Notes: generated by a model from the letters alone, not told the origin. Shown: positions 1-10,995, counted from the first letter of the stretch. The stretch: DNA of 64,000 nt from an uncultured Actinomycetota bacterium (GCA_963823915.1 CAWGNJ010000006.1:82225-146224); one strand, 5' to 3'. Translations and numbers: made by a program.

Positions 1-777
1 GGAGCGGATCCGTTCGGGGTTGTCGCCGGCGGCGACCAGGAGTTTGGCGGCGGTGTCGAACCCCACTCCGAACACTTCCAACAACCCGGGGGCGGTGTCA
101 CGGATCAAAGGTCGTAGCAGCCGGTTGAGCCGTTTGACCTCTTCCCGAAGGTATTTGACTCGTTGCCCGAGGGTGCGGATGGTGACCTGGGTGGTGTATC
201 TGACCGGGTCGTCACCTTCACGAGGTCGCAACACCGCAGCTTTGTTCGCCAACGAGATAGCCGTCAATCCGGTGAATTTGCGGCGGATCTCGGGGGTAGC
301 GGTGAACACCACGTGACGGAGCTGGTTGAGGGTTTCGATGCGGGTATCGACCGCCGAGCGGCGGGCGATCATCAACACCCGGATCGCTTCGACATTGCCA
401 TCTCGAGACTTCGGTAGCCCGGTGGCTTGACCAGATATCGCAGCCCGGGCGGCCGCCACCGCGTCGACCGGATCCGATTTGCCCTGCCGGTGCCGGGTTT
501 GACGGTTGGGGCGGTCGACCTCGACCACCGCCACACCGGCCCGGGTCAGATACCGAGACAGACCAACACCATATGAACCGGTGCCCTCCACCCCGACCAG
601 CACCAGCTCACCATGTGACCGCAGCCACGACAGCAACTGGCGATACCCGGTGTGGGTCGTGGCGAACGATTCAACACCCAACAGCCCCCCAACATGGTTG
701 ACCGCCGCAGCCACATGCACATCGACGTGAGTGTCGACACCACCGACCACCGCGTCAGGGTTTTCTACGATGGACAT
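1..777 (-). mobile_element. IS110-family transposase (DEDD type), C-terminus truncated by window edge
   Basis: Manual minus-strand translation from the ATG at 777: MSIVENPDAVVGGVDTHVDVHVAAAV... through ...GVGFDTAAKLLVAAGDNPERIRS. The N-terminal DTH(K/V)D motif and the C-terminal IS116/IS110/IS902 motif are both present. GGAGG RBS 5 nt upstream. The track missed it because the ORF runs off the window. Confidence 0.8.
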
Positions 778-1256
778 ATGCCATCCCTCCTCGCTAGACG
801 GACAGGGTTGGCACGCACTTGCCGGGAGGGTGGACCCAGAGATTCATCCGGACCTGGTTTCAGCAGGACCGGCACGGGTCTCCCACCCGACCGGTGAGTG
901 CCGTTCCCAGGGTCCGCCGGCGTGTCATTCGAAAGACAACCCCATCATCGGAGGTGTCAGCCGGTTCGCGAGCCAAGCCGAACCCCGAGAACTAACCAAC
1001 CGTAGTTTCCGGCCGAGGGTGACAGCCATCCACAACGATCAGCGCACCAACACATCCTCCCTGCCGGATATCGGGTTGTCAGCGGTGCCCGATAACGCGG
1101 CGTACCTCCGGGATTATGCGCTCCCTGGCGTCGGCTGCACTTGCCACAAAGGTCACCCCTCAGGGACGAGGTCAGGAGTCCAGACGAGGCTGGCCGCTCG
1201 AAATCGGCCTTGCACTGGAGTCAGAAATAGTTTACTCTATGTATGGTTAATCTTAC

Positions 1257-1820
1257 ATGGAGAGAGGGATGCGAATGCTCTGGATCACACTCGCAAGCAT
1301 CGGCGGTCTCCTCGTCGCCGCAGCGATTGGACGGTTCCTCTACGGCCTGCGGCCATCAGCGGAGCTGCGGGGACTGCCGGCAACGCCAATCGAGAAGCTG
1401 GCCTGGCTCGGACTGGGCGCCAGCCTCGCAGCAGGCGCCGGACTCGGTCTCGTGGTCCTCATTGGAGGCACCACGGGTCTCGAGAACTCCGCCTCCCGAT
1501 GGATCTTCTGGCTGCTGCTGTGGGTTGCGATCGGCACCTGGATGATCGCCTGGCACCGCACCAACCGGCGCCACGGAGGCGCAGTCATCGACGAACGCGA
1601 CCGCGCCATCCTGGCCCGATCGCTGAGCGTCGAGTCGATGGTCGTCCTGTTGTCGCTCGCCACCTGGACGATCACCCTGACCGAGGTCTACAGCCAAGAC
1701 GGCGCAGTACCGGTCGCCTACCTGCAACTGCTCTTCTGGAGCACGTTCCTCATCGCCATCTTCGGCCGGTCACTCGGGATCATCCTCGGCTACCGCCAGG
1801 AGGCAACCCCAGATGCCTAA
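1257..1820 (+). CDS. hypothetical integral membrane protein (about 4 TM helices)
   Basis: ORF with multiple hydrophobic helices and coding-like composition. Its 3' end overlaps the downstream XRE regulator by 8 nt, suggesting an operon. Confidence 0.5.
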   Translation: MERGMRMLWITLASIGGLLVAAAIGRFLYGLRPSAELRGLPATPIEKLAWLGLGASLAAGAGLGLVVLIGGTTGLENSASRWIFWLLLWVAIGTWMIAWHRTNRRHGGAVIDERDRAILARSLSVESMVVLLSLATWTITLTEVYSQDGAVPVAYLQLLFWSTFLIAIFGRSLGIILGYRQEATPDA

Positions 1821-2031
1821 GGCCCAGATCACCAACCGAATCCGCCAACTGCGCTTCGAGAACGGTGAGATGACCCAGCAGGAGCTGGCGAGCCGGGTCG
1901 GCTGCACCCGTCAGACCATCATCGTCCTCGAGAAGGAACGCTACGTCCCATCACTCAGCCTGGCCTTCGCCATCGCTCGAGTGTTCGACCTCCCTATCGA
2001 AGGGGTCTTCGAGTACGGCGAAGACCAATGA
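1813..2031 (+). CDS. XRE-family helix-turn-helix transcriptional regulator (72 aa)
   Basis: QQELASRVGCTRQTIIVLEKERYVPSLSLAFAIARVF is a classic Cro/C1-type HTH. Overlaps the upstream membrane-protein gene. Confidence 0.8.
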   Translation: MPKAQITNRIRQLRFENGEMTQQELASRVGCTRQTIIVLEKERYVPSLSLAFAIARVFDLPIEGVFEYGEDQ

Positions 2032-2492
2032 CCAGGCCTGACGTGCCAGTATCCCGGATTCGATGTGGCCGAGTCCTACTACTCAGCATTCTTCTCGTGG
2101 TCGCGGCCTGTGCCGGTCCGGACGCCGCGAAATCAACCGTCCCACCTGAGCCACAGGCGTTGGCTGGCATCTGGCTCGCCGAGTTTCGTGGCGTCGTGCT
2201 TCAGTTCCGGGTCGATCAGGGGCCGGCTCAGGATCTGACTGGCGTCCTCGACAGCCCGATGGAAGGGGTTACGGATCTGCCGACCACGATCACCGCGGAT
2301 GGGGCGAACGTGATCATCGAGATCCCGGTTGCTGCTGTCGTAATCGAGGCCACGGTGGAAGCCGACTCGCTTGCGGGCATCTGGAAACACCGCGGCGCCG
2401 AGGTGCCCATTTCCTTCACCCGACAAGCAGAGCCCTTCACCACTCGTCCGAACTCAGGAGCCGCAGCCTCCCTTCCCGTACGAATCCGTTGA
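2028..2492 (+). CDS. putative lipoprotein, possibly the N-terminal domain of the downstream hydrolase
   Basis: Signal peptide with lipobox LVVAACAG. The 3' end overlaps the hydrolase ORF in another frame. Confidence 0.45.
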   Translation: MTRPDVPVSRIRCGRVLLLSILLVVAACAGPDAAKSTVPPEPQALAGIWLAEFRGVVLQFRVDQGPAQDLTGVLDSPMEGVTDLPTTITADGANVIIEIPVAAVVIEATVEADSLAGIWKHRGAEVPISFTRQAEPFTTRPNSGAAASLPVRIR

Positions 2493-3483
2493 AGTGCGGT
2501 TCAACAGCGGCCCCATCCGGTTGGGCGGCACTCTCGTGATTCCCGAGGGGGTTGGGCCGTTCCCGGTGGCGGTGTTGATCAGCGGTTCCGGGCAACAGGA
2601 TCGAGACGAGTCGATCCTGGGTCACAAACCGTTCCTGGTGCTGGCGGACTGGCTCGCCCGCCAGGGCATCGCAACCCTGCGCTACGACGATCGCGGTGTG
2701 GGCGAGTCGGGGGGCAATCCGGCAGGAGCCACCTCGGCCGACTTCGCTGACGACGCGTTGGCAGCCGTCGCCTTTCTCGCCGATGATGAGCGCTTCTCGG
2801 CCATCGGCTTGATCGGGCACAGCGAAGGGGGACTCATCGCACCCATGGTGGCGGCCCAGGCCGACGTGGCCTTCACAGTGTTGCTCGCCGGACCCGGTGT
2901 GCCCGGAGCCGAAGTGCTGGCACAGCAAATCGAGGACCTGATGCGCGCCGAGGGTGCTTCTCCCAGTGCAGTCGACTGGCGGGTCGGGTGGGGAACGGAG
3001 GTCATTGCCCTCGCCGCATCGGACATGGACTCAGCTGACGTCGCTTCTCAGATCCGTGAAGTCCTGGAGGCAGCCGCAGATGACGTCCCGCCGGGACTCG
3101 AGCAATGGGTGAGCAGCGCCGCAATCGAGGAGACGGTGGCCGCATTCACCGATCCGTGGTTGCGCTACTTCCTCGCCTACAAGCCACAGCCCGCACTCGA
3201 GGCGCTGGCTATTCCGGTGCTGGCGCTGATCGGCAATCTCGACCAGCAGGTGTCGGCGGAGCTCAACATCCCGGCGCTCGAGGCGGCTCTTGCCGGCAAC
3301 TCGGACGCCACCGTCACCGAACTCGACGGACTGAACCACTTGTTCCAAACCGCGACCACTGGTGCCGTATCCGAATACGGGCGGATCGAGGAGACGTTTG
3401 ACCCGGACCGCGATGGAGTTGGTGTCAGACTGGATCCTGGAGCGCTTCTGAGAACGGGCGAGGAGATGGCCGTCGGACTTTGA
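2371..3483 (+). CDS. alpha/beta-hydrolase fold serine hydrolase
   Basis: GHSEGG nucleophile elbow (GxSxG). PFPYESVEVRF...GTLVIPEG is an abhydrolase N-terminal pattern. The first ~30 residues of the annotated ORF look out-of-frame, so the true start is uncertain. Confidence 0.75.
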   Translation: MRASGNTAAPRCPFPSPDKQSPSPLVRTQEPQPPFPYESVEVRFNSGPIRLGGTLVIPEGVGPFPVAVLISGSGQQDRDESILGHKPFLVLADWLARQGIATLRYDDRGVGESGGNPAGATSADFADDALAAVAFLADDERFSAIGLIGHSEGGLIAPMVAAQADVAFTVLLAGPGVPGAEVLAQQIEDLMRAEGASPSAVDWRVGWGTEVIALAASDMDSADVASQIREVLEAAADDVPPGLEQWVSSAAIEETVAAFTDPWLRYFLAYKPQPALEALAIPVLALIGNLDQQVSAELNIPALEAALAGNSDATVTELDGLNHLFQTATTGAVSEYGRIEETFDPDRDGVGVRLDPGALLRTGEEMAVGL

Positions 3484-5230
3484 CGATTGGCTTGCCGACG
3501 GCGCCCTGGGTCGACCACAGGGAGGCAGGGGTGGGCATCGATACCGAACGATTGCGGAGTCTGGTGGCTGGCAGGGTCGCCAGCGGCGCGATGGTGGCCG
3601 TCCTCGTCGTGGTGGGGTTCCTCTCGACCCTGCCGCCGAAGGCGCAGGGTGCCGACGCTCCCGCGACCGAGTTCTCGGCAGCGCGGGCGATGGAGCACGT
3701 CGACGAGATCGCTCGCGAGCCGCATCCGCTGGGCTCTCCGGAGAGCGAGAGGGTCCGTGCCTACCTCGTCGCCGAACTCGAGGCGCTGGGTCTCGAGGTC
3801 GACCTGCAGACCTTCATGGCACCCGACTACTACGGAGGCGGCGCCCGGATCGAACTGGCCAATGTGATCGGCTGGATCCCGGGAACGGCCAACACCGGAG
3901 CGGTGGTGCTGGTGGCCCACTACGACACCGTCCCGACCACGCCCGGCGCCAACGACAACTCCGCCGCGGTGGCGGCGCTCCTCGAGACCGCCCGGGCGTT
4001 GCGTGCCGGGCCTCCCCTCGCCAACGACGTCGTGTTCCTCTTCACCGATGCCGAGGAACCGTCGGGACCGTCGGGCCACTTCGGAGCCAGGGCCTTCGTG
4101 AGCCTGCCGGACGTGGTCGACGGCCTGGGGTTGGTGGTCAACTTCGAGGCGAACGGCGGCTCCGGGGCGTCCACGCTGGTGGAGACCAACGGATCGTCAT
4201 CGTGGCTGATCGGTGAGTTCGCGGCGGCGGCCCCGCATCCCGTTGCCTTCTCGTTCCTGACGGAGGTCGCCGAGTGGATCGGCGAGATCGGCACGGACTT
4301 CGATGTGTTCAGCGACGCCGGTGTGCCGGGGATCCACTTCGCCTACCTGCGCGGATCGCCGATCTATCACACACCCGGCCGACGACATCGACAGCGTCGG
4401 GCAGGGCTCGCTGCAGCACCACGGCTCGAACGCGCTGGCGATCGCCCGGCACTTCGGGGACCTGGATCTGACGACGGCTCCCGATCTCGGGGCGTCGGTG
4501 TTCTTCACGATCCGCCCGCTTCTTCGTTCGGTACCCGGTCTGCGCTGACCCCGTGGCTCGCTCTGATGGCGCTCGCTGGCTTCGCCTGGGCGATGTGGGC
4601 GGGCGCCGACGGGGCGCGGCTGCGGGGTGCCGCTCGCTCGCTGGGGCGGCCGCACTGGCCGGTCTGGGCGGTGCGATCGCGGGAACCGTGCTGTGGATGC
4701 TGGTGACCGCCTCCGCTCGACGCCCGGGATCCTCGAGATCTACTTCTACCTGGCGGTGCTCGTCGGGGTCGCCATCCTGGTCGCCAGGTGGGTGGAGGAT
4801 CGGTCGGGGGCGACAGCGCCCCGGCACGGCGAAACGGGCGGATCGGGCTGTGGATGCTGCTCACGCTGGTGACGGCGTGGTGGCGCCCGGGTTCAGCTAC
4901 CTGTTCGTGTGGCCGACCCTTGCTGCGGTCGCCGGTCTCCTGTGGCATCCGGTCCACCGTCGGTGGGCCTCAGCTGCGCTTCTTCGTCATCGCCGCCCCG
5001 ACGCTGCTGCTGCTGACCCCGGCCATCGACTACCTGTTCCTCTTCGCCATCCCCGGCCCGGCAATCCCGATTCGGAGATCACGCCGGCGATGGTGGTGCC
5101 GCTGCTGCTGGGCCTGCTGGTGGTGGCGCTGTTGGCCGAACCAGATGGCCGAGCAACCAGAGTCTGCCGATCGACCTGGTGCGTATCGCTCCAGCTTGAG
5201 TATGCAACGAAACTCCGTCACGGTGCCTAG
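3480..5230 (+). pseudogene. M28-family zinc aminopeptidase with C-terminal membrane region, disrupted by multiple frameshifts
   Basis: HYDTV...GANDNSAAVAALLE...FLFTDAEE are M28 metal ligands. The frame breaks near 4380, and the conserved YHTPADDIDSV continues in ORF 4303-4548. Downstream TM-like segments are scattered over three frames up to ~5230. Confidence 0.65.
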
Positions 5231-6227
5231 GCTAGCTTCTCGCTTCTCCGGAGAAGACCTAGACTTTCTCCATCCTGGAACCATCGCGTTCTAAGATCGG
5301 TCCATGGGATCACGTACATCGAGATCCTGAGTCCCATCGCCTCGGCTGCGTTCTCCCAGGGCAGCGACTTTACGGACAGAGTCCTGGAGTCGCTCCCAAT
5401 CCTTCTTCGCCGGAGGACGATCAGGGTGGACCCGAGGGCTTGGTCCTTGCGGTTGAATTGACCCGGCCATGGGCTCATTGCGAGTAGACGTCGACGGAGG
5501 CGTCGTATTGAAGGTATACAGTTCGCCGTCATGCGCAGGTCGAACACAGCAACCCGAGCATACACGCCTGCCCTTGTCCTCGTCGACACTCTGCACACAG
5601 AGCAGGATCCGACGTTGCCGTCGCGGAACGTCACCTCTAGGACGTCGCCGACTTGGTCAGGGACAGATCAGACTTCTGCCTCTTCCAGATTCTCTTCGGA
5701 TCGCTTGTACGGCCCAGTCAACTGCTCCCGGACCTGATCCAGCGCCTACACGGCGTGACCTCGATCTTTGCCGGACGAATCGGCTCACATCGGTGCCGTC
5801 ATCGATGTGAGCCAGCTCACGAATCGCGAATGCTGTCCTCTAGACGCCCTACCTCGAATTGTGCAACAGCCAAAGCGATCCAGAAATACGAAGGATTCGT
5901 CTGGGTCTTCGACCCACACCGGCGTAGCTAGCGAGCAAGCGATCTGTCGCAAGCGCTCCGTCGAGACCTTCAGCCACGAGATCGCGGTCTTCCGAGCGAA
6001 ACATCAGCAGCAATGTCGTTCTCTGAAGACTTTGACACCCCCAAGTTCCCCATAGCCGGTGAGGCTTACCGACCCATGTGGCCACCTTCCTCGAAACCCG
6101 CTGACCGCGAGACGCCCCTGAGCATCGATTGGAGAACCTCACCCGGAGCGCTCTGGCACTCCTTCGACCCTCCCGCCCCCGATCAAATCAATATCGGGCG
6201 ATATCGCTCCGTTTCCTGACCACCCGA

Positions 6228-6400
6228 TAAACGGCACTTCGAGGTGCGGTTCAGAGTTGCCGGAACTCGCCGGACTCAATCACCTGTTCCAGAACGCTAA
6301 CGACGGGCGCCGTTTCAGAATATGGGCTCATCGAGGAGACGATGAAGCCGGTGGTTCCCAAGACGATCGACCGACTGGATACTGGAGCGCTTCTGATTCC
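6228..6400 (+). pseudogene. relic of a paralogous alpha/beta hydrolase: N-terminal FEVRF motif fused directly to the C-terminal ~50 codons (internal deletion plus frameshift)
   Basis: About 70% DNA identity with 3320-3470. ELAGLNHLFQNA...TTGAVSEYGLIEET...LDTGALL matches ELDGLNHLFQTATTGAVSEYGRIEET...LDPGALL. The upstream gaggtgcggttca matches the gaagtgcggttca of the intact gene. Confidence 0.6.
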
Positions 6401-6455
6401 GAGATGTCTCTGTTGGGTAATCCCGCGTCGGTAGGACCATTCAAGAAGTGTCTTA

Positions 6456-6980
6456 ATGCCGGCCTTCGGTCTAACTACTTACCACCGTATGTTTGTTACG
6501 GTGTCTCACCTACTCACAGTGTCAATCTGTCCTCAGGAGGAGCCGACCGTGGAGGACACCATCAGCAACCGCATCAACGCAGACCGTTGGGGAGTGCTGT
6601 CCTCACTCTGGATCTTCGTCTTGTTCAACATGCTCTTCCGTGACATCCACGAGTTCGCTCGTCCGGGCTGGATCGAAGAACTCATGTCGATGGAAGTTGC
6701 CGAAGGACTGCTGCTTGCATCCGGGATCGTGCTGAGCCTGTTCATCTCGATGATCGTGTTGAACCGAGTGTTGCCTTCCACCGCAGCCCGCTGGGCCAAC
6801 GCCGCTCTTGCCGTCGTGGCGATCGCGTCTATGGTGGCCAATCCACCGGGCGACCTCGACGACATCTGGTTCTTCGTCGTCGAGATCCTCGCCCTGCTGG
6901 CGATCATCGGTCTTGCCTGGACCTGGCGGACGGACCCAGCTGAGCGCAGCCCTGATCCGGTGGTAGCGAGCGAGACCTAG
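6456..6980 (+). CDS. hypothetical membrane protein
   Basis: Four or more hydrophobic helices. Likely GTG start near 6549, after an AGGAGG. Confidence 0.45.
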   Translation: MPAFGLTTYHRMFVTVSHLLTVSICPQEEPTVEDTISNRINADRWGVLSSLWIFVLFNMLFRDIHEFARPGWIEELMSMEVAEGLLLASGIVLSLFISMIVLNRVLPSTAARWANAALAVVAIASMVANPPGDLDDIWFFVVEILALLAIIGLAWTWRTDPAERSPDPVVASET

Positions 6981-7196
6981 CGCTCCCAGACCGGGGAGGT
7001 GGGTCCCGCTGGGCGGGCCTACGTACGAGTTGTGCCAGCTCCCGGCCTGTTCGCCTGCGCCAACGCATCGTTGCCGCATCTGTGGTGGGCGAATGCTGGA
7101 AGCCGTGGATGCTCGACGAGAACGTTGCTGCTCACCGAACACCATGCAGGAGATGAATGCGATCATTGGTCCCAAGTGGAGCCGAGGAGGGCTTGA

Positions 7197-7898
7197 GTGA
7201 ATAACGCGAGATCCGCCAAGGATCCGACGCCCTTTTCGGAGTTGAACGGCTTGTTGGCGGAGTTGATCGACTGCGTGCAGTCGATTCTCGCCGACGATCT
7301 CGTCGGCGGTTACGTCGTGGGGTCGTTCGCTCTCGGAGCCGGCGATCTCTCCAGCGACTGCGACTTCATCGTTGTGACGAAGGAGCCGGTCACCGGTGAG
7401 CAGGAACGAGCCCTCCGTCGGCTGCACGACGAGATCCCGACGCGTCCGGGGCATTGGGCGACGAATCTGGAAGGCAGCTACGCACCGCAGGCAGATCTCG
7501 GGACGCTGGAGCGGCTCGACGGGGAGTGGCTGTATGTGGATCGGGGCTGGCGGGAGATGCAATGGTCAACCCACTGCAACGTCGCAGACACCCGATGGAT
7601 ACTCCGTGAGCGCGGCGTTCCGCTGATCGGGCCCGAGCCGCGGACCTTTGCGTGTGAGGTTCCCGCAGACCTGCTGCGCGACAGGATGCGCACCCTGATC
7701 GGGAACTTCCTTGAGGATCTGCTGAGCTGGACCAGTTTCGACATGATCTGGGCGCAGCGGTACGCAGTGGAATCCATGTGCCGCATGCTGTACACCCTCG
7801 AGACCGGAGAGGTGACCTCGAAGCTGGCTGCCCTCGAATGGGGAAGGGGGGAGCTCGCGCCGGCATGGCGGAATCTCATCCGCGCAGGCGCGGGCTGA
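7197..7898 (+). CDS. nucleotidyltransferase, aminoglycoside adenylyltransferase (ANT(3'')/ANT(9), AadA-like) fold with DUF4111-like C-terminal domain
   Basis: GSFALGAGDLSSDCDFIVV is the polymerase-beta-type NTase motif. The C-terminal WAQRYAVESM...TGEVTSKLAALEWG resembles the AadA C-domain. GTG start preceded by GGAGGA. Confidence 0.6.
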   Translation: MNNARSAKDPTPFSELNGLLAELIDCVQSILADDLVGGYVVGSFALGAGDLSSDCDFIVVTKEPVTGEQERALRRLHDEIPTRPGHWATNLEGSYAPQADLGTLERLDGEWLYVDRGWREMQWSTHCNVADTRWILRERGVPLIGPEPRTFACEVPADLLRDRMRTLIGNFLEDLLSWTSFDMIWAQRYAVESMCRMLYTLETGEVTSKLAALEWGRGELAPAWRNLIRAGAG

Positions 7899-8249
7899 CC
7901 GGCCAGTCCCTTGGGATGACCCTCCACGCCCAGGAAGCGTGGAGGCCACTATCGCCTTCGTCGAATACGGCAAGGAACACGCACGCAGACTCACCGGCGC
8001 CTGACCCGGCAACACCGACCCGCAGGCAGCGTTCGGTGTGTCCGGCGAGCTCGTCGGATGGAGCACGCCGATCACCAAATACTTCGCCATAACGAGCATT
8101 GTGCCGAGTGCTCGATATCGGCACTTCGGCTCTCGGTTGGAAGGGCTTCCGCGAGACCGTTAATCACACGATAGGTACAGTTATTGGCTGCTACATGGCG
8201 GAGCCAGCCTGGCTTGACGACATCGAGATCGAGGTTGTCGAGGCGGCGC

Positions 8250-9158
8250 TCAGCTTGCCGGGTCTGGATCAAACGCCGCCCCGAGTGCGTCAATCTGGCT
8301 GCGGTGGAAGTCCTGTACAACCGGGGCGCTGACCGCCGCCTCGAAGCCGTGGTAGCCGCCCTCGACCACCTTCAGTTCACAGGGCACGCCGGCCTCCTGC
8401 AGGCGTCGGGCGTACTCGACGTCCTCGTCGTGAAACAGGTCCAGCGTGCCGACTCCGATCCACGCCGGCGGTAGGCCGGACAGGTCTTCGGCGCGGGATG
8501 GTGCAGCGTGTGGGTGCACGTCGTCACCCGTGGCACCAGCCAGGTATGAGGACCAGCCGAAGCGGTTGCAGGTCTGGTTCCACAGCTTGACCGGCATGTC
8601 GTCCAGGTCTGTTCGCTGGGCGGTGCGGTCGTCGATCATCGGGTAGATCAGCATTTGGAAGACTGGTTTGACGTCCATCTCATCTCGAGCTCGAAGAGCT
8701 AGTCCTGCTGCCAGGCCGCCACCTGCGCTCCCGCCACCGATGGCGATGCGGCTGGGGTCGACATCGGGTTGATCGGCCAACCACGCCAGTGCTGCGGCAC
8801 AGTCGTCCATCGCTGCCGGGAACGGGTGTTCGGGGGCAAGGCGGTATTCGACGAAGGCCATCGCCATATCAACGTGGGGTGTGTACCGCCTGTGGGTCAG
8901 GGAGAACTCCGAGACGGCGGTCCCGAGCACCATGCCGCCGGCGTGTATCCACAGCAGCGCCGGGGCGGGCTTGCGTCCTGACGGCGCACCGACGAAGTAG
9001 ACGTCGGCGGTTTCGCTGACCGACACCTTGCGTGCCTTTGGACGGATGAAGCGCTTCTGGAGCGCCTCCAGGGCGCGGAAGAAGGGCAACGTTCGGGGAA
9101 GCCCAAGGGATCGTGGATAGAACCGTGCCTTGGTCAGCTCGGGGTGGTAGGTCGCCAT
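8250..9158 (-). CDS. alpha/beta-hydrolase esterase/lipase (HSL/Aes-like)
   Basis: HAGG(M) oxyanion motif in LLWIHAGGMVLG, GGSAGG nucleophile elbow, and a C-terminal GGYHGF His motif. Confidence 0.8.
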   Translation of the reverse strand: MATYHPELTKARFYPRSLGLPRTLPFFRALEALQKRFIRPKARKVSVSETADVYFVGAPSGRKPAPALLWIHAGGMVLGTAVSEFSLTHRRYTPHVDMAMAFVEYRLAPEHPFPAAMDDCAAALAWLADQPDVDPSRIAIGGGSAGGGLAAGLALRARDEMDVKPVFQMLIYPMIDDRTAQRTDLDDMPVKLWNQTCNRFGWSSYLAGATGDDVHPHAAPSRAEDLSGLPPAWIGVGTLDLFHDEDVEYARRLQEAGVPCELKVVEGGYHGFEAAVSAPVVQDFHRSQIDALGAAFDPDPAS

Positions 9159-9449
9159 GGTGGGATGCTACCGGTCAGTTTTCGGCCCATGTCCGACACG
9201 AAGCCGAGTAGTCGGGGCGACCCCCGGCAAACCGACAAGCCGTCCCTTCCGGATCGAACGGATTGGCAACCATCGACCCCAACGTACACGCCATGCCTTC
9301 CACCCTCCCTTTGTCCACGCCGATCACCAGATACCGAGCGAGATCGCTCACGTCCTCGAACCGCCCAGATCGGCACATCGAGGTGCGGTTCTCGCCCGAA
9401 GCGCTCCGCCACGCAGAGTAAGGACGGTGGTCGTGCCAACCACCCGTTC

Positions 9450-10013
9450 ATGGCAAGGGACGCGAGTGTCACACTCCAGCTGGACTCGGCAGGAGCACCG
9501 CTCTGTTCAGGAGGCGTAGATTCGGGCCATGGCCGGAAGAGTCCAACCGAAGATGACCGCCTGGAAGCGCTCCGACGGTTGCTGACTGGTCTGGCGGGCG
9601 GCGCCGATGTGTTCGAACTGGCAGAGTCAGTATCTGACCTCCACCCGAAGAACAACACGTTTCCAGGTGAGGTGTTCATGCGCCTGGCCGTGGACGTGCT
9701 CGAGGTCGCCGACACCACACGAGACAACCCGATTCCCTATGAGGGCTTGCGCGAGACCTACTTGCCCGAGTGCGAGTTCCGAGGCCGCGAGAACCGCAAG
9801 ATCCAGTACACGATCCTGACCAGTGCATCGGTGCGAGGTGGGCTAGAACCAGACCTATTGGACGAGGTGATCTGGTGGCAGACCGATGACTACTGGCGGT
9901 ACGCGCTGTACGGTGCTGTGGCGCTGATCCGGGCTTGCGCAGACCGCCAAGGAATTACCGTCGCTCGGCTGGTCGAGCAACTCACCGAACTCCATGGCGT
10001 GGCACTGACCTGA
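9450..10013 (+). CDS. hypothetical protein (~187 aa); annotated ORF 9144-10013 trimmed to the first plausible ATG
   Basis: Only the C-terminal ~185 residues have protein-like composition (W/Y/F-rich: DEVIWWQTDDYWRYALYG). The upstream part of the ORF is low-complexity R/P/S. Confidence 0.4.
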   Translation: MARDASVTLQLDSAGAPLCSGGVDSGHGRKSPTEDDRLEALRRLLTGLAGGADVFELAESVSDLHPKNNTFPGEVFMRLAVDVLEVADTTRDNPIPYEGLRETYLPECEFRGRENRKIQYTILTSASVRGGLEPDLLDEVIWWQTDDYWRYALYGAVALIRACADRQGITVARLVEQLTELHGVALT

Positions 10014-10265
10014 CCGGTTCCGCTTGCGCGGATCACCTTGTCACTTGAAAGGCACGCATGCTCGAAGACGCCAGCCCCCAGCTTTGAAGCCAGACACAAG
10101 AGACATGCGGACATCCATTTCCGACCCCAGCCGGGACCACCACCGACAGTCCCATGCCAGTCACCCGACGTGCACCAAACCGGGACACGATTACCCCCAT
10201 ATCCTCACGAATGCGGGCAGCCACCGACGCACGTCCTGCGGGTGGCTCGGAGATGGGATGTGATG

Positions 10266-10605
10266 TCACACCTGCTCGACAACGGCGCCGTACCGTTGTT
10301 GGGCGGCCTGGGCTGACGTTCCAAGCAGCTCACCTATCTTGCTCCAGGAGATCCCTGCAGTCCGCGCGTGCGGTGACTGCGTCGACGATCTGCCGTTCGC
10401 TTCGGGCGCGTGTGCGACAGCGGCCCGCTGCAAGGAGGTATTCCTCGACGGGTCGTTCGTCGCCTTCGGCTGGTTCGTAGTCCTCGAATCGCTGGGCGAG
10501 TTCGTCAGCGTGATCGAGTATCTCTTGGATTGATACGGGGCATTCACGGTCACCTGAGGAATCTCGGGTCGGGCGGCGCATGGCGTGCACGATGAACCTC
10601 AACAC
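10266..10605 (-). pseudogene. small HTH antitoxin-like gene split over two frames, preceded (10600-10717) by a 5'-truncated BrnT-like toxin fragment
   Basis: Frame 1: PVSIQEILDHADELAQRFEDYEP... Frame 2: AGISWSKIGELLGTSAQAAQQRYG (HTH). The upstream minus-strand fragment reads MLHAYRNPIRVFGLDDLIMLIGADQAGNLLEVGV. Confidence 0.4.
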
Positions 10606-10995
10606 CTTCGCCGGTCTGCCACACCGACCTCAAGCAGGTTCCCTGCCTGGTCGGCGCCGATCAACATGATCAGGTCGTCGAGGCCGAACACTCGGATTGG
10701 GTTGCGATAGGCGTGCAGCATGTCGTCGTCGTTGACCCCGTGCTTGCCCGGGCGGTCGCCACGATCACAGGATCCATACCATCAACTTAGCTTGATGGTC
10801 CAGCCGTGTCTACCCCTTGCCGATGAGGCGCCGGTGGCTCCTGGAGGTGTCCGTCAGGTGTCCGTCAGACACCGCAAAACTGACCGAAGATTACGCAAAA
10901 CTATTTGCGAGCCAATCGCCCAGAAACCCCAACGAAATAGGGGCCCTTTTTACGTCAACGCGGAAAATCTGAAAGACAATGACGAAAGGCCTGAA

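Noticed and set aside
731-1873. 380-aa plus-strand ORF
   Set aside because: Antisense to the IS110 transposase over its first part and low-complexity R/P-rich thereafter. The real genes here are the minus-strand transposase and the 1257-1820 membrane protein.
6603-7562. 319-aa minus-strand ORF
   Set aside because: Antisense to the membrane-protein and ANT-like genes. Composition is R/G/P-rich with no motifs.
9144-9449. N-terminal 100 codons of ORF 9144-10013
   Set aside because: Low-complexity R/P/S-rich, and overlaps the 3' end of the esterase gene on the other strand. The gene was trimmed to the ATG at 9450.
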